Below, one piece after another: positions 42,225 through 52,019 of a stretch of DNA of 64,000 bases. Position numbers and translations under genes: made by a program. The notes under the pieces are model-generated. The model was given only the letters and a program-made list of their open reading frames with translations. It had not been told where the DNA came from and searched no databases. Numbering within the stretch: the first letter of the stretch is position 1; the number at the start of each line of letters is the position of its first letter. This DNA comes from Bacillota bacterium. Its GTDB lineage: Bacteria > Bacillota > Sulfobacillia > Symbiobacteriales > Symbiobacteriaceae. The DNA lies in contig JBMONB010000083.1 of the NCBI GenBank assembly GCA_049325315.1, positions 156,257 to 220,256 of the forward strand. The letters are read 5' to 3'.

Positions 42225-43112
42225 GTGGATGTTATCAAGATCTCACCGCGCGGGTACTGCTATGGCGTGGTCGACGCCATTCAGCTCGTCAAGCAGGTGG
42301 CCCGGGATCCGAATGCGCCCCGGCCCATCTACGTGCTGGGGTTGATCGTGCACAACCACCACGTGGTGGAGGAGATGGAGTCGCTGGGGGTCATCTCCCT
42401 GGACGGCGAGGACCGGCTCAGCCTGCTGGAGCAGGTGGAGTCCGGCACCGTGGTCTTCACCGCCCACGGGGTCTCCCCCGCCGTGAAGGTCCGGGCGAAG
42501 CAGAAGGGGCTTCATATCATCGATGCCACCTGCCCCGATGTGACCAAGACCCACCGGCTGATCGAGGAGCTGGTGGGGCAGGGGTATGAGATCTTCTACA
42601 TCGGCAAGAAGGGGCACCCGGAGCCCGAGGGCGCTGTGGGCGTTGCCCCCGCGCATGTGCACCTTGTGGAGCGGGAGTCCGACCTCGACCGCTTCGCCTT
42701 CGGCTCCGACCAGAAGCTGGCGGTCACCAACCAGACCACCCTCTCCCAGTGGGACACCCGTCTCCTCATGGATAAGATCAAGGAGCGCTGGCCACAGACC
42801 GAGGTCTACAACGAGATCTGTATGGCGACCCAGCTCCGGCAGGAGGCGGTGGCCAAGCAGGCGCCCGAGGCCGAGTTGGTGATCGTGGTAGGCGACAAGC
42901 GTTCGAACAACTCGAACCGGCTGGTCCAGGTCGCCCGTGAGCTTGCCGGCCGGGAGGCCTACCTGGTGGACAACGTGAGCGAGGTGAACCCCGAGTGGCT
43001 GAAGGGGAAGAAGCGGGTCGCCGTCACCTCCGGCGCCTCGACGCCTACCCAGATCACCCGCGAGGTGGTCCGGTACCTGGAGCAGTTCAACCTTGAGGTG
43101 GAGGAGCGCTGA
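42225..43112 (+). CDS. ispH: 4-hydroxy-3-methylbut-2-enyl diphosphate reductase
   Basis: The GTG start gives (M)[21 protein letters not shown], which is collinear with Bacillus-type IspH N-termini. It has the [15 protein letters not shown] and NSNRL motifs. Confidence 0.9.
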   Translation: MDVIKISPRGYCYGVVDAIQLVKQVARDPNAPRPIYVLGLIVHNHHVVEEMESLGVISLDGEDRLSLLEQVESGTVVFTAHGVSPAVKVRAKQKGLHIIDATCPDVTKTHRLIEELVGQGYEIFYIGKKGHPEPEGAVGVAPAHVHLVERESDLDRFAFGSDQKLAVTNQTTLSQWDTRLLMDKIKERWPQTEVYNEICMATQLRQEAVAKQAPEAELVIVVGDKRSNNSNRLVQVARELAGREAYLVDNVSEVNPEWLKGKKRVAVTSGASTPTQITREVVRYLEQFNLEVEER

Positions 43113-43117
43113 GGCTA

Positions 43118-43948
43118 TTGCGGACGGAGGGGGAACTTCGGGCCCTGATCAGCCTGCTGGCCGACGAGGAGGAAGGGATCGCCCGGGCGGCCTGGGACGC
43201 CCTGCTGCAGGCGGGAGATGACGCCGTTCCCCACCTGCAGGAGGCGTTCAACGCCGCCGATGTCACCCTGCGCGGCCGGGCCCGGGCCCTGTTGGAGGAG
43301 ATCCGGCTGGGGGCTCTGGAGGAGCGCTGGCGCCAGTATCTCCGGGATCCGGGCGAGCTGATCGACCTGGAGCGGGGCTGCCTGCTCCTGGCCGGTATCA
43401 CCGGGACCGAGGTGAACGAGCGGTCGGTCCAGTCCTTTCTGGATGTGGTCGCCGGCACCGTGCGCGCCCACATGGTGGCCGCCGGCGGGCTTCAGGCCCT
43501 GGGGGAGGTCCTCTTCGACAACCTGGGCTTCCGGGGCGGCGATTTCGACAACCCCGACCATCACTACCTGCCCGCTGTGCTGGAGCGGCGGCGGGGGCTG
43601 CCCATCGCCCTGGCGGCCGTCTATATCATCGTCGGGAAACGGGCCGGCCTGCCGGTCTACGGCGTGGCCATGCCCGACCACTTCCTCGCCCTTTACGAGC
43701 ACGCCGACCAGCCCGCCTATGTCGACTGCTTCAACCGGGGCCAGATCTACCGGTACGAAACGCTGCACAACCTCCTCACCCGCCGCGGGATCTCGTACCC
43801 CGATCAGATTCTCGCCCCCTGCAGCCACCGCTTTATCCTCTACCGCATGCTGAACAACCTGGAGCGGGTCTACAGCGACACCCAGAACCACCGCCTGGCC
43901 GAGCGCGTCCGCCGGTGGCGGTCGTACATTCAGGTACAGCGGGCGTAG
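43118..43948 (+). CDS. SirB1/UPF0162-like transglutaminase-fold protein with an N-terminal helical repeat
   Basis: A 276-aa ORF. LERRRGLPIALAAVYIIVGKRAGLPVYGVAMPDHFL is typical of the SirB1 N-terminal / transglutaminase-like family. The TTG start is uncertain. Confidence 0.55.
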   Translation: MRTEGELRALISLLADEEEGIARAAWDALLQAGDDAVPHLQEAFNAADVTLRGRARALLEEIRLGALEERWRQYLRDPGELIDLERGCLLLAGITGTEVNERSVQSFLDVVAGTVRAHMVAAGGLQALGEVLFDNLGFRGGDFDNPDHHYLPAVLERRRGLPIALAAVYIIVGKRAGLPVYGVAMPDHFLALYEHADQPAYVDCFNRGQIYRYETLHNLLTRRGISYPDQILAPCSHRFILYRMLNNLERVYSDTQNHRLAERVRRWRSYIQVQRA

Positions 43949-43964
43949 CATTTCCGACAACCTG

Positions 43965-43991
43965 AAGGCCGGGGGCTGACTCCCCGGCCTT
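43965..43991. terminator. Bidirectional terminator hairpin between convergent genes
   Basis: A 10-bp stem AAGGCCGGGG / CCCCGGCCTT with a 7-nt loop. Confidence 0.65.
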
Positions 43992-44002
43992 TGCCGCGCT
44001 CG

Positions 44003-44479
44003 CTAGCTATGGTTGACGATGTGCTGAACCCCCGACTGAGGGCTGCGCAGCGCCTTCGTTAGAAAGGCGGGGCGGAGCGGTACCCCGTCCAGGTCTTCGA
44101 GGCGGAACCAGCGGAGGTTCAGCTTGTAGGTGCCGTCCACCACGCCGTGCCAGTTTCGGGACTTGTCCAGGATCGCCGGGTCGGTGAACCTTACGGTGTA
44201 GTAGAACCCGATCTCGTGGTGCGGGCGCCCATCCAGCGTGAAGAAGTTCTCCACCACCATCTGGAGCGGGCCCAGTTCGATCTCGGTGGACAGCTCCTCG
44301 GTCATCTCCCGCCGGAGCGTCTCGGGCGTGGGCTCCATCATGTCCACCCGGCCGCCGGGCAGGAACCAGAAGGAGGGATTCGCCTGGGACTGGCAGAGCA
44401 GCACGTAGCCGTCATCCACAGCGATGCCCGCGGCGCGGAAGTTGAAGATCCCCTGGCCCATGTCGACGCAGATCATCAT
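44003..44479 (-). CDS. NUDIX hydrolase
   Basis: Nudix box GGRVDMMEPTPETLRREMTEELS. Confidence 0.85.
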   Translation of the reverse strand: MMICVDMGQGIFNFRAAGIAVDDGYVLLCQSQANPSFWFLPGGRVDMMEPTPETLRREMTEELSTEIELGPLQMVVENFFTLDGRPHHEIGFYYTVRFTDPAILDKSRNWHGVVDGTYKLNLRWFRLEDLDGVPLRPAFLTKALRSPQSGVQHIVNHS

Positions 44480-44517
44480 TGGATCGTTTTCCTCCCCGAA
44501 ACGTTGTTGCGGCTGCC

Positions 44518-45303
44518 TTACAGGCCGTAAACCCGCCGGATGATTCGGTCGGCCAGCCCGGGCAGCCGGGTCCCGGCCCAGCAGAGCAGGCGGTCACGCA
44601 GCGTGGCGTAGACATCGCGCTCGCCCCGCGCCACCGCCCGGACAACCCGCCGGGCCACCACCTCTGCGGGGACCCGGTGGAGTCTCACCTTGCGGATATC
44701 CTGCCCGCCCAGGGCGTTGGCCCGGAAGTTCGACTCCGTGGAGCCGGGGTAGACCGAGACCACCTTCACCCCATGGGGCGCCACCTCCAGCCGCAGGGCG
44801 TCGGAGATGGCGTTCAGCGCGTGCTTCGAGGCGTTGTACCCCCCTGTGTAGGGGGTGGAGATCTTGCCGAGCACCGAGGAGATCTGCACGATCGTGCCGC
44901 CCCCGGCTGCCTTCATGTCGGGCAGGAAGGCCTGAATCACCCGGACCGCCCCCAGCAGATTGACCTCCAGGCAATCGCGCCATCGGTCGAGGTCGAGCGA
45001 CTCCACCGGTCCGTTCATGCCGACCCCGGCGTTGTTCACCAGCACATCGACCTGGCCCGTGACCGATCGGCTCACCTCGGCCAGACGGGTCACCTGCTCC
45101 CCGTCGGTCACATCGGTGGGCAGCGTGAGCACCCGGCCCGCCATTCCCTCTGCCTGCAGGCCGGCGGCCACCTCGTAGAGGAGCGACTCGCTCCGGGCGG
45201 CCAGCACCAGGTGCGCTCCCTCCTGCGCAAAGGTCCTGGCCATCGCCCTGCCGATTCCCATCGATGCCCCGGTGATCACCACCGTCTTCCCCGAAAAGCG
45301 CAT
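44518..45303 (-). CDS. SDR family oxidoreductase
   Basis: ATG at 45303 (MRFSGKTVVITGASMGIG, the TGxxxGxG motif) with SD GATGGAGG upstream. The catalytic motif is YNASK. The upstream extension of track ORF 44518..46035 was rejected. Confidence 0.85.
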   Translation of the reverse strand: MRFSGKTVVITGASMGIGRAMARTFAQEGAHLVLAARSESLLYEVAAGLQAEGMAGRVLTLPTDVTDGEQVTRLAEVSRSVTGQVDVLVNNAGVGMNGPVESLDLDRWRDCLEVNLLGAVRVIQAFLPDMKAAGGGTIVQISSVLGKISTPYTGGYNASKHALNAISDALRLEVAPHGVKVVSVYPGSTESNFRANALGGQDIRKVRLHRVPAEVVARRVVRAVARGERDVYATLRDRLLCWAGTRLPGLADRIIRRVYGL

Positions 45304-45474
45304 GTGCTGTAATGCCTCCATCTGCCCTGCTCGCGTTCCTTTCCAATTCGGGAAGGCGTCATCCTCCTCCTGCGGATTCCACCGATGAAGGCGTGAACTG
45401 GGAGGAAAATCCGCTGTTGCCAGCGAATGTATGACAGGTGGTTCCATGATTTCCGTAAGGAGGGAGAAAGCGGC

Positions 45475-46110
45475 GTGGGCGAGTTTCTGGTCAACCTCTT
45501 CGTCCGGTCGGCAGAGCGCGATGCGGTGGTAGATGCGGTCAAGCCCATCCTCCGTCCGGCCTACGTGCGGGCCAACACCCAGAGCAGGCTGCACCACGAG
45601 GACACGGCGCTGTACGTCGCGCCCAGCATCCGCGGGTGGGTGGGGATCTTCGACCTGCTGATGGAGGCGCAAGATGAGCGGCTCTGTGAGCAGGCGGTCC
45701 GGGAGCTTTCCGCCTCGCTCCAGACGGTCGCCCTCACCTTCCTCATGCACGACGGGGAGTTCATCCGGTACTGGCTGGCCCGTGGCGGGAGGTTGTTGGA
45801 CCGGTACCACTCTGCCCCCGACTACTTCGGCCCCGTCACAACCGCTGAGATGAAGCGGTTGCAAGGCAGGCCGGCGATCCTGGCCGACGCCTGCGGCAAG
45901 CCGCTGGCGGCCCTCGCCATCGCCCGGACCCTGCGCGACCCCGACTGGGAAGGGCTCGGGAGCGAGATGTTGGAGACGATCTGCGAGTCCCTTGAGATCC
46001 CGAACCTGCGGGTGGGGTTCAATACCATGGCACACGATGTCGAGGAGGGCACGGTGGAGGGGTGGGAGGCGTTCCGGGCCGTCAGCCTGCGCGAACTGCT
46101 CGGAGCGTAA
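45475..46110 (+). CDS. Hypothetical protein
   Basis: GTG at 45475 with SD AAGGAGGGAG upstream (internal to track ORF 45427..46110). It has balanced composition. I recognise no domain. Confidence 0.55.
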   Translation: MGEFLVNLFVRSAERDAVVDAVKPILRPAYVRANTQSRLHHEDTALYVAPSIRGWVGIFDLLMEAQDERLCEQAVRELSASLQTVALTFLMHDGEFIRYWLARGGRLLDRYHSAPDYFGPVTTAEMKRLQGRPAILADACGKPLAALAIARTLRDPDWEGLGSEMLETICESLEIPNLRVGFNTMAHDVEEGTVEGWEAFRAVSLRELLGA

Positions 46111-46156
46111 ATGTAGCGATTCCCTCGCCTCGGGCCCGCTTTCCCGTACTCATCCG

Positions 46157-46185
46157 TTGACTTTACATACTAAATATGGTAGTAT
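46157..46185 (+). promoter_or_regulatory. Sigma-A type promoter (TTGACT-17-TAGTAT with TGn extension) for the S8 peptidase gene
   Basis: TTGACT at 46157-46162, a 17-nt spacer ending in TGG, and TAGTAT at 46180-46185. Confidence 0.6.
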
Positions 46186-46247
46186 TTGGCTAACCAGCAT
46201 GATGTGTGGCTTGCCCACTCGTATCCTTCGTGGAGGGGGTCGGTTCA

Positions 46248-48482
46248 ATGGCGACGCAGAAACCCGGCGCCGGAGGAGCGCCGCTTTGCCGCTTCTCCCA
46301 AGAGGAGCTGCGGACGGAGGCGCTTGTGCCGGTAATCCTGGAGTTCGAGCAACCGCCGGTTGCTGTCTTTACGCGCCAGAACCCGCAAGGGGACGCCGAT
46401 GCTTACCGCCGTGAACTGGAGGAGCGCCAGGATCAGTTTCTCGCACTCCTGGCCTCCCAGTGCCTGAACGTGCAGGTAGGGGAGTCGAAGGCGGTCGTCG
46501 GTGGACCGTCCGGACAGCAGCAGGTGACCATTGCCCACCGGTTTACCGAGGCCTTCAACGGCATCGGCGTTTGGATGCCCGGCCGCGCCGTGCCCTCCGT
46601 GGCGGCCATGGCTGGGGTGCAGGCGGTGACCCTCAACCAGGAGCGGGTCTACCTCACCCTTGATCAATCGGTTCCCTTCACGGGAGCGCCCCGGATATGG
46701 GAGCGCATGGGCCCCGACGACCTGCCGCTCAAGGGCGATGGCGTGGTGGTGGCCGTGATCGACACAGGGGTTGACTGGTCTCATCCGGCCTTCGGCGGCT
46801 TTACCGAGGTGCCCAACGAGAAGGTGGTCCACGTGGCCTCCCTGACCGGAGAGCAGCCCACGGACAACTTCGGTCACGGCACCCACGTGGCCGGGGTCGT
46901 CGCGGGCGACATCTCTTACAAGGGTACCCCCCGGGGCGACTCGCTGATCGACGGGGTGGCGCCCCGGGCGAAACTGATGAGCTATAAGGTGCTCACCGCT
47001 GCCGGCTCCGGCTCTGCCGCCAACATCGTGCTGGCGATTGAAGACGCCGTTAAGCGGGGGGCGCACGTGATCAACCTGTCGCTGGGCGACACCCAGGGCG
47101 ATCCCCACAGCCCCGAGGCGTCGGCAGCCAACAATGCCATGCTGGCCGGGGTCGTGGTCTGCGCGGCCGCCGGCAACTCGGGTCCTGCCCCCAGCACCGT
47201 TGGCGCTCCCGGGGCTGCCCACCACGTAATCACCGTGGGTGCCTCCACCGACGACGGGGTGACCGCCCTTCAGGCGGTGCTCACGGTGGCCGAGGGCGAA
47301 GAGCGGCTGATCGAGATGCGGCTGATGGACGGCTCCGTTGCCCTTCCTGCGCCGGCGATCGAGGCGGGTTATGTCCTCTGCGGGCGGGGGGGCAAGGAAT
47401 CCGACTTCCCCGAGAGCGTCAGGGGGCGAATCGCCCTGGTGGAGCGGGGCGAGGCTACCTTCCGCGACAAGGCGCTGGGCGCCGAGAAGGCCGGGGCCGT
47501 GGCCTGCCTGATCTACAACAACCAGCCCGGCGGGTTCTTCGGCACCCTGGGCGATGATCCAGCCCCCGCCCTGCCGGTGGTGGCGATCAGCCGTGAGGAC
47601 GGCCTCGCCATGCGGGAGCTGGCCGGGGAGAACGGGGAGTCGGCGGGGAGGCTCCGCCTCGAGCCCGAGGGGATTCCCCAGCCCGACCGCATGGCCGAGT
47701 TCTCCTCCCGGGGGCCGAACAACGACGGCTGGATCAAGCCCGAGATTACCGCCCCGGGCGTCAATATCTATTCGGCGACCATCACCCAGGCCCCGAGCCC
47801 GGGGGGCGGTATGCCCGACCCGAGCGGATACCTCTCTGCATCCGGCACCTCCATGGCAACGCCGCACATCGCCGGGGCGGTGGCGCTGATCCGGCAGGCT
47901 CATCCCGACTGGAGCCCGCTCCAGATCAAGGCAGCCCTGGTCAACACGGCCCGGTTCATGACAGGGCAAGGCACGGTGATGGACCAGGGCGCCGGAGCGC
48001 TCCACCTGGAGGCGGCCATCGACACCGGCGCTATTCTGGTGACCGACACCGAGATCATCGTGCCGACCCATTCCTTTGGGCGGGTCGCCCATGAGGGGAA
48101 GGAGAAGCAGGTAGAACAGGCGCTCCAGTTGATGGCGCTGCCCGGTGCCTCCAAGCGGCAGCAGTGGAGGCTGTCGGTAGAGCTGGCCTCCCCGGTGGAG
48201 GGGCTGGTGGCCACTCTATCTGCGAAGACCGTCAGGATCACGCCGGCCATGCCGGCGCAGTTCCATCTCTCCATTGCCATCGACGGGGCGGTCGCCCCGG
48301 ACGGTTCATGCTACGGATGGGTGGTGGCCAGGCGGGCGAAGACGACCCTGCGGCTGCCCTTCTATGCCGAGGTGACCCGGAGCCTGAGCGATCAGCCGGC
48401 CCAGCCTGCACAGACCCGGGTGACGCCGCAGTTCCCGCCCCAGCCCATCCGCAAGCAGGTGGGGGCGCTCTGCTGCTGCTGA
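46248..48482 (+). CDS. S8 family serine peptidase (subtilase) with an I9-like propeptide and a PA-domain insert
   Basis: Catalytic triad blocks VAVIDTGVDWSHPAF, HGTHVAGVV and GTSMATPHIAGAVAL. The PA-like insert is GRIALVERGEATFRDKALGAEKAGAVACLIYNN. No obvious N-terminal signal peptide. The protein ends in ALCCC. Confidence 0.85.
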   Translation: MATQKPGAGGAPLCRFSQEELRTEALVPVILEFEQPPVAVFTRQNPQGDADAYRRELEERQDQFLALLASQCLNVQVGESKAVVGGPSGQQQVTIAHRFTEAFNGIGVWMPGRAVPSVAAMAGVQAVTLNQERVYLTLDQSVPFTGAPRIWERMGPDDLPLKGDGVVVAVIDTGVDWSHPAFGGFTEVPNEKVVHVASLTGEQPTDNFGHGTHVAGVVAGDISYKGTPRGDSLIDGVAPRAKLMSYKVLTAAGSGSAANIVLAIEDAVKRGAHVINLSLGDTQGDPHSPEASAANNAMLAGVVVCAAAGNSGPAPSTVGAPGAAHHVITVGASTDDGVTALQAVLTVAEGEERLIEMRLMDGSVALPAPAIEAGYVLCGRGGKESDFPESVRGRIALVERGEATFRDKALGAEKAGAVACLIYNNQPGGFFGTLGDDPAPALPVVAISREDGLAMRELAGENGESAGRLRLEPEGIPQPDRMAEFSSRGPNNDGWIKPEITAPGVNIYSATITQAPSPGGGMPDPSGYLSASGTSMATPHIAGAVALIRQAHPDWSPLQIKAALVNTARFMTGQGTVMDQGAGALHLEAAIDTGAILVTDTEIIVPTHSFGRVAHEGKEKQVEQALQLMALPGASKRQQWRLSVELASPVEGLVATLSAKTVRITPAMPAQFHLSIAIDGAVAPDGSCYGWVVARRAKTTLRLPFYAEVTRSLSDQPAQPAQTRVTPQFPPQPIRKQVGALCCC

Positions 48483-48618
48483 GATTCCTCCGGATCGGAA
48501 GGTCCCCGTCCAGGTTTGCAGGGATTCACAACCGAGAGGTTGAAAAAGTATCTATAAGGGGAGTGGATTCGTCCCAACACCGACGCGCTGAGACTTGGCA
48601 GAGAGGGAGTGGCGTCAC

Positions 48619-48846
48619 GTGGCAGGATACGAGATTCGGCGCCGGCTCCAGATCTGTGGGGCTAACCAAATGGCACGCCGTCCGGACCTTCTGCGACAGC
48701 TGGAGCAAGAAGGGGACGTCATCGAGATCGTCGAGTGCCTCGACCAGTGCACCCGCTGCGAAAACAGCTGCTTCGCACTGGTCTCCGGCAGCTTTGCGTA
48801 CGCCCAGACTCCCGAGGAACTGCTCAGTAAGCTCCTCTCCCGATAG
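48619..48846 (+). CDS. DUF1450 (YuzB-like) family protein
   Basis: GTG at 48619 with SD AGAGAGGGAG upstream. It shows the QICGAN...VIEIVECLDQCTRCENSCFALVSGSFAYAQTPEELLSKL pattern of YuzB-type proteins. Confidence 0.6.
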   Translation: MAGYEIRRRLQICGANQMARRPDLLRQLEQEGDVIEIVECLDQCTRCENSCFALVSGSFAYAQTPEELLSKLLSR

Positions 48847-48965
48847 CGCATCCGCACCTTTAGCAGGGCGCCCATCACGGGGCGTCCTGCTTAAACGTCT
48901 GTACAACACGTAGAAGGATTACGGTGGCCCTTCAGGGAAAGATTAGGGAAAGGGAGAGATCGTCC

Positions 48966-49172
48966 ATGTTGAAGAATACGTTTCGCAAGCTGATTGGCAT
49001 ATTGATCCTGTTGGTGTTTGGGGTGGCGGTCTTTCAGTTCATCCGCCAGACAGGTGACAACGAACACGTACTGGCCGCCGTCGCATCCGGCATGTGGCTG
49101 CTGGCCTTCTTTGCCGCTGTGATCGGTCTGGCCTGGTGGGTGGACCGTAGAATGAGAAGGCGCGGCGAATAG
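48966..49172 (+). CDS. Small membrane protein, 68 aa, two TM helices
   Basis: ATG at 48966 with SD GGGAGAG 7 nt upstream. The helices are LIGILILLVFGVAVFQFI and MWLLAFFAAVIGLAWWV. Confidence 0.5.
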   Translation: MLKNTFRKLIGILILLVFGVAVFQFIRQTGDNEHVLAAVASGMWLLAFFAAVIGLAWWVDRRMRRRGE

Positions 49173-49196
49173 GGTTTGGAACCAAGGAGGGAGCGA

Positions 49197-51890
49197 ATGG
49201 GCCGCATTTTTGCGCCGACGCGTGTCGACAGGTTGCCCAACGGACTGCAGGTACTCACCCGGGAACTGCACCACGCCCCGGTGGCGTCGGTGATGGTCTG
49301 GTACGGGGTGGGAAGCCGGAATGAGCGCCCGGGCGTGACGGGCATCTCGCACTTTCTGGAGCACATGATGTTCAAGGGCACGCCGAAGTTCCCCTACGGT
49401 GTGCTGGAGGAGGGCGTGAAGCGGCGGGGGGGCATGTGGAACGCCTTCACCTCGTACGACTACACCGCCTATTTTGAGGTCCTGCCCTCCCGGCATATCG
49501 AATACGGCCTGGAGGTCGAGGCAGACCGCATGGTCAACATGCGCTTCGACCCGGACCTGACGGTGCGGGAGCGGGGCATTATTGTCAGCGAGCGGGAGGG
49601 CTATGAGAACCGCCCGACCTTCTGGCTGATGGAGGCCTTCATGGCGGAGGCCTACCAGGAGTTCCCCTACCGGCACCATGTGCTGGGGACCAAGGAGGAT
49701 ATCCGAGCGATGACGGCAGAGGCGCTGACGGAGCACTACCAGCGCTTCTACCGGCCCAACAACGCCATTTTGGTGGCGGTGGGCGACTTTGAGACCGAGC
49801 GGTTGCTGGCCATGGCCGAAAAGTACTACGGCCACCTGCCCGCCGGGGACCCGGTGGAGCCGCTGACCCAGACAGAGCCGGAGCAGACGGCGGAACGCCG
49901 GGTGACCGTGCGGCGGCCGGGCCCGAACCCTTACGTGATGGCGGGGTACAAGATTCCCGGCTCCAACCATTCGGACATTCCGGCGCTCCAGGTGCTGGCG
50001 ACGGTTCTCTCGGGGAGCCCGTCCTTTTCGGCCATGGGCGGCGGTGGCGCCATGGGCCGGTCAAGCCGGCTCTACCGGCGGCTGGTCAACAAGGGCATCG
50101 CCACCTCAACCAGCGGCTACCCGTGGACGCTCCAGTACCCGGGCCTCTTCATGCTCTCGGCCACCCCGGTGCCCGGCACCTCGCTGGAGCGGGTGGAGGA
50201 GGCGCTCTTCGCCGAGGTGGAGGCGCTCCGGCAGGAGCGGGTGGCGGAAGATGAATTCCAGCGGGCCCTGAAGCAGGTGCGGGCCAGCTATATCTACGCC
50301 ATGGAATCGGCCATGAACCAGGCGATCATGCTGGGCGCCACCGCCCTTACCCGGGGCGTGGACCGGTTCGACCGGGCGCTGGAGGAGTTGGAGGCGGTCA
50401 CCCCCGACGACCTCTTGCGGGTGGCGCAGCAGTACCTGGATCCGCAGCGCCGCACAGTGGGCCAGTTTGTCCCTGAGGAGAAGGCCGCGTCGGCGACGGC
50501 GGCTGCGCCGAAGGCCACCTCCAGGCAGGAGGCGGCGGTGGAGACCGGCTCGACCCCCGAGTTCCAGAAGGCGGCTGACCGGAAGGTGGCCCGTCCAGAG
50601 GCGGGCAAGCGGAACCCGATTCTCGATCAGGAGCGGATCGTGCGGCGGTCGCTGCCGAACGGCGCCACCCTGTTGGTCTACCCGGCGGCTACGATCCCCA
50701 GCGCCTTTGTGCGGGTGCAGATGGAGGCCGGGGCGGTGCATGAGCCGCCCGCCAAGGCAGGACTGGCCCAGCTGACCGGCCAGCTGCTCACCCGGGGCTC
50801 TGAAGCCTTCACGGCGGAGGAACTGGCGCTCAAGACCGACGCCCTGGGCATGTCGGTCCGGGTCGACGTGGGCCGGGAGACGGCGGTGGCGACCCTGAAG
50901 TGCCTGCCGGAGGATCTGCAGACCGGCCTGGAGATCCTGGCGGAGGTGATCCGGCGGCCCACCTTCCCGGCCGATGAGATGGGCCGGATGCGCGACCGCA
51001 TGCTGGTCGCCGTCCGGGAGGCGAACAACGACACCCGCTCGGTGGCTGCCCGGCAGCTGGCGGAGTTGATCTACCCGGAGAACCACCCCTACCGGCATCC
51101 GGTCAACGGGACAGAGGAGAGCCTGGCCGCCATTGCGGGCGAGGACCTGGCCGCCTTCCACAGCGCCCACTACGGGCCGAACGGGGCGGTGATCACCGTG
51201 GTTGGCAATGTGGAGCCGGCGGCGCTGGAGGCTGCGCTGACCCGGGCGTTCGAGGGCTGGAGCGGCGGGGAGGGTCGCAAGACGATTCCCGCTGTGGAGC
51301 CGCCTGCGGGCAGCCGGACGCACCTTTCCCTGGAGGGCAAGACCCAGACCGACATCGCCCTGGGCTGGCCGCTGGTGGACCGGAGCCACCCGGACTACCT
51401 GGCGCTCGACTTCCTGGCCACCCTGTTCGGCGGCAACGGTACCCCGGCCAGCAGCCGCCTCTTCCGGGATGTGCGGGAGAAGTACGGCCTGAGCTACTAC
51501 CAGTTCGCCTCCTTCGGCGGCTCCAGCGGCCCCGCCGCCTGGACCGCCCACATCGGGGTCAACCCGGCCCGCCTGCAGTTTGCTGTCGAGACGCTCACGG
51601 CAGAGCTGAAGCGGCTGGCTGAAGAGGCGATTCCCGGCGAGGAGATGCAGGCACTGCAGGATTTCCTGGAGGACTTCCCGGCGGTGCAGCATGAGTCGCC
51701 CGAGCGGGTGGCCGCCCGCCTGGCGGAGGTCGAGCGGTTCAACCTGGGGCTCGACTACGTGGAGCGCTACCCCAAGCTGGTGGCAGCGCTGGCGGCGGGG
51801 CAGCTCCAGGAGGTGGCCCGGCGCCACCTCGACCCGAGCCGTCTGACCGTGGTGACCGTGGGGCCCGAGGCAGACGAAGCCACCTCGTAG
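49197..51890 (+). CDS. Fused two-unit M16 (pitrilysin/insulinase) family zinc peptidase
   Basis: An 897-aa ORF. The N-terminal unit carries the HxxEH motif (HFLEHMMFKGT). The C-terminal unit (from about residue 470) is M16-like without HxxEH. An SD lies upstream of the ATG at 49197. Confidence 0.8.
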   Translation: MGRIFAPTRVDRLPNGLQVLTRELHHAPVASVMVWYGVGSRNERPGVTGISHFLEHMMFKGTPKFPYGVLEEGVKRRGGMWNAFTSYDYTAYFEVLPSRHIEYGLEVEADRMVNMRFDPDLTVRERGIIVSEREGYENRPTFWLMEAFMAEAYQEFPYRHHVLGTKEDIRAMTAEALTEHYQRFYRPNNAILVAVGDFETERLLAMAEKYYGHLPAGDPVEPLTQTEPEQTAERRVTVRRPGPNPYVMAGYKIPGSNHSDIPALQVLATVLSGSPSFSAMGGGGAMGRSSRLYRRLVNKGIATSTSGYPWTLQYPGLFMLSATPVPGTSLERVEEALFAEVEALRQERVAEDEFQRALKQVRASYIYAMESAMNQAIMLGATALTRGVDRFDRALEELEAVTPDDLLRVAQQYLDPQRRTVGQFVPEEKAASATAAAPKATSRQEAAVETGSTPEFQKAADRKVARPEAGKRNPILDQERIVRRSLPNGATLLVYPAATIPSAFVRVQMEAGAVHEPPAKAGLAQLTGQLLTRGSEAFTAEELALKTDALGMSVRVDVGRETAVATLKCLPEDLQTGLEILAEVIRRPTFPADEMGRMRDRMLVAVREANNDTRSVAARQLAELIYPENHPYRHPVNGTEESLAAIAGEDLAAFHSAHYGPNGAVITVVGNVEPAALEAALTRAFEGWSGGEGRKTIPAVEPPAGSRTHLSLEGKTQTDIALGWPLVDRSHPDYLALDFLATLFGGNGTPASSRLFRDVREKYGLSYYQFASFGGSSGPAAWTAHIGVNPARLQFAVETLTAELKRLAEEAIPGEEMQALQDFLEDFPAVQHESPERVAARLAEVERFNLGLDYVERYPKLVAALAAGQLQEVARRHLDPSRLTVVTVGPEADEATS

Positions 51891-51898
51891 CAACCGAC

Positions 51899-51923
51899 GG
51901 CGCCCGTTTACACAGCGGGCGCC
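51899..51923 (+). terminator. Terminator-like hairpin after the M16 peptidase gene
   Basis: An 8-bp stem GGCGCCCG / CGGGCGCC with a 9-nt loop. The T-tract is weak. Confidence 0.4.
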
Positions 51924-52019
51924 TCCACTTTCGCCTTGCCCAAATCGCGGCAGCCTCCGGCGGCGTCATAAAGGGGAGGGTATGCACCTGAAACCCGTGC
52001 AGAGCAAAGGAGAATCTCT

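Noticed and set aside
45304-46035. The upstream extension of the SDR gene (track ORF 44518..46035, 505 aa).
   Set aside because: The SDR Rossmann motif starts right after the ATG at 45303, which has an SD. The extension is antisense to a better plus-strand ORF and is R/P/G-rich.
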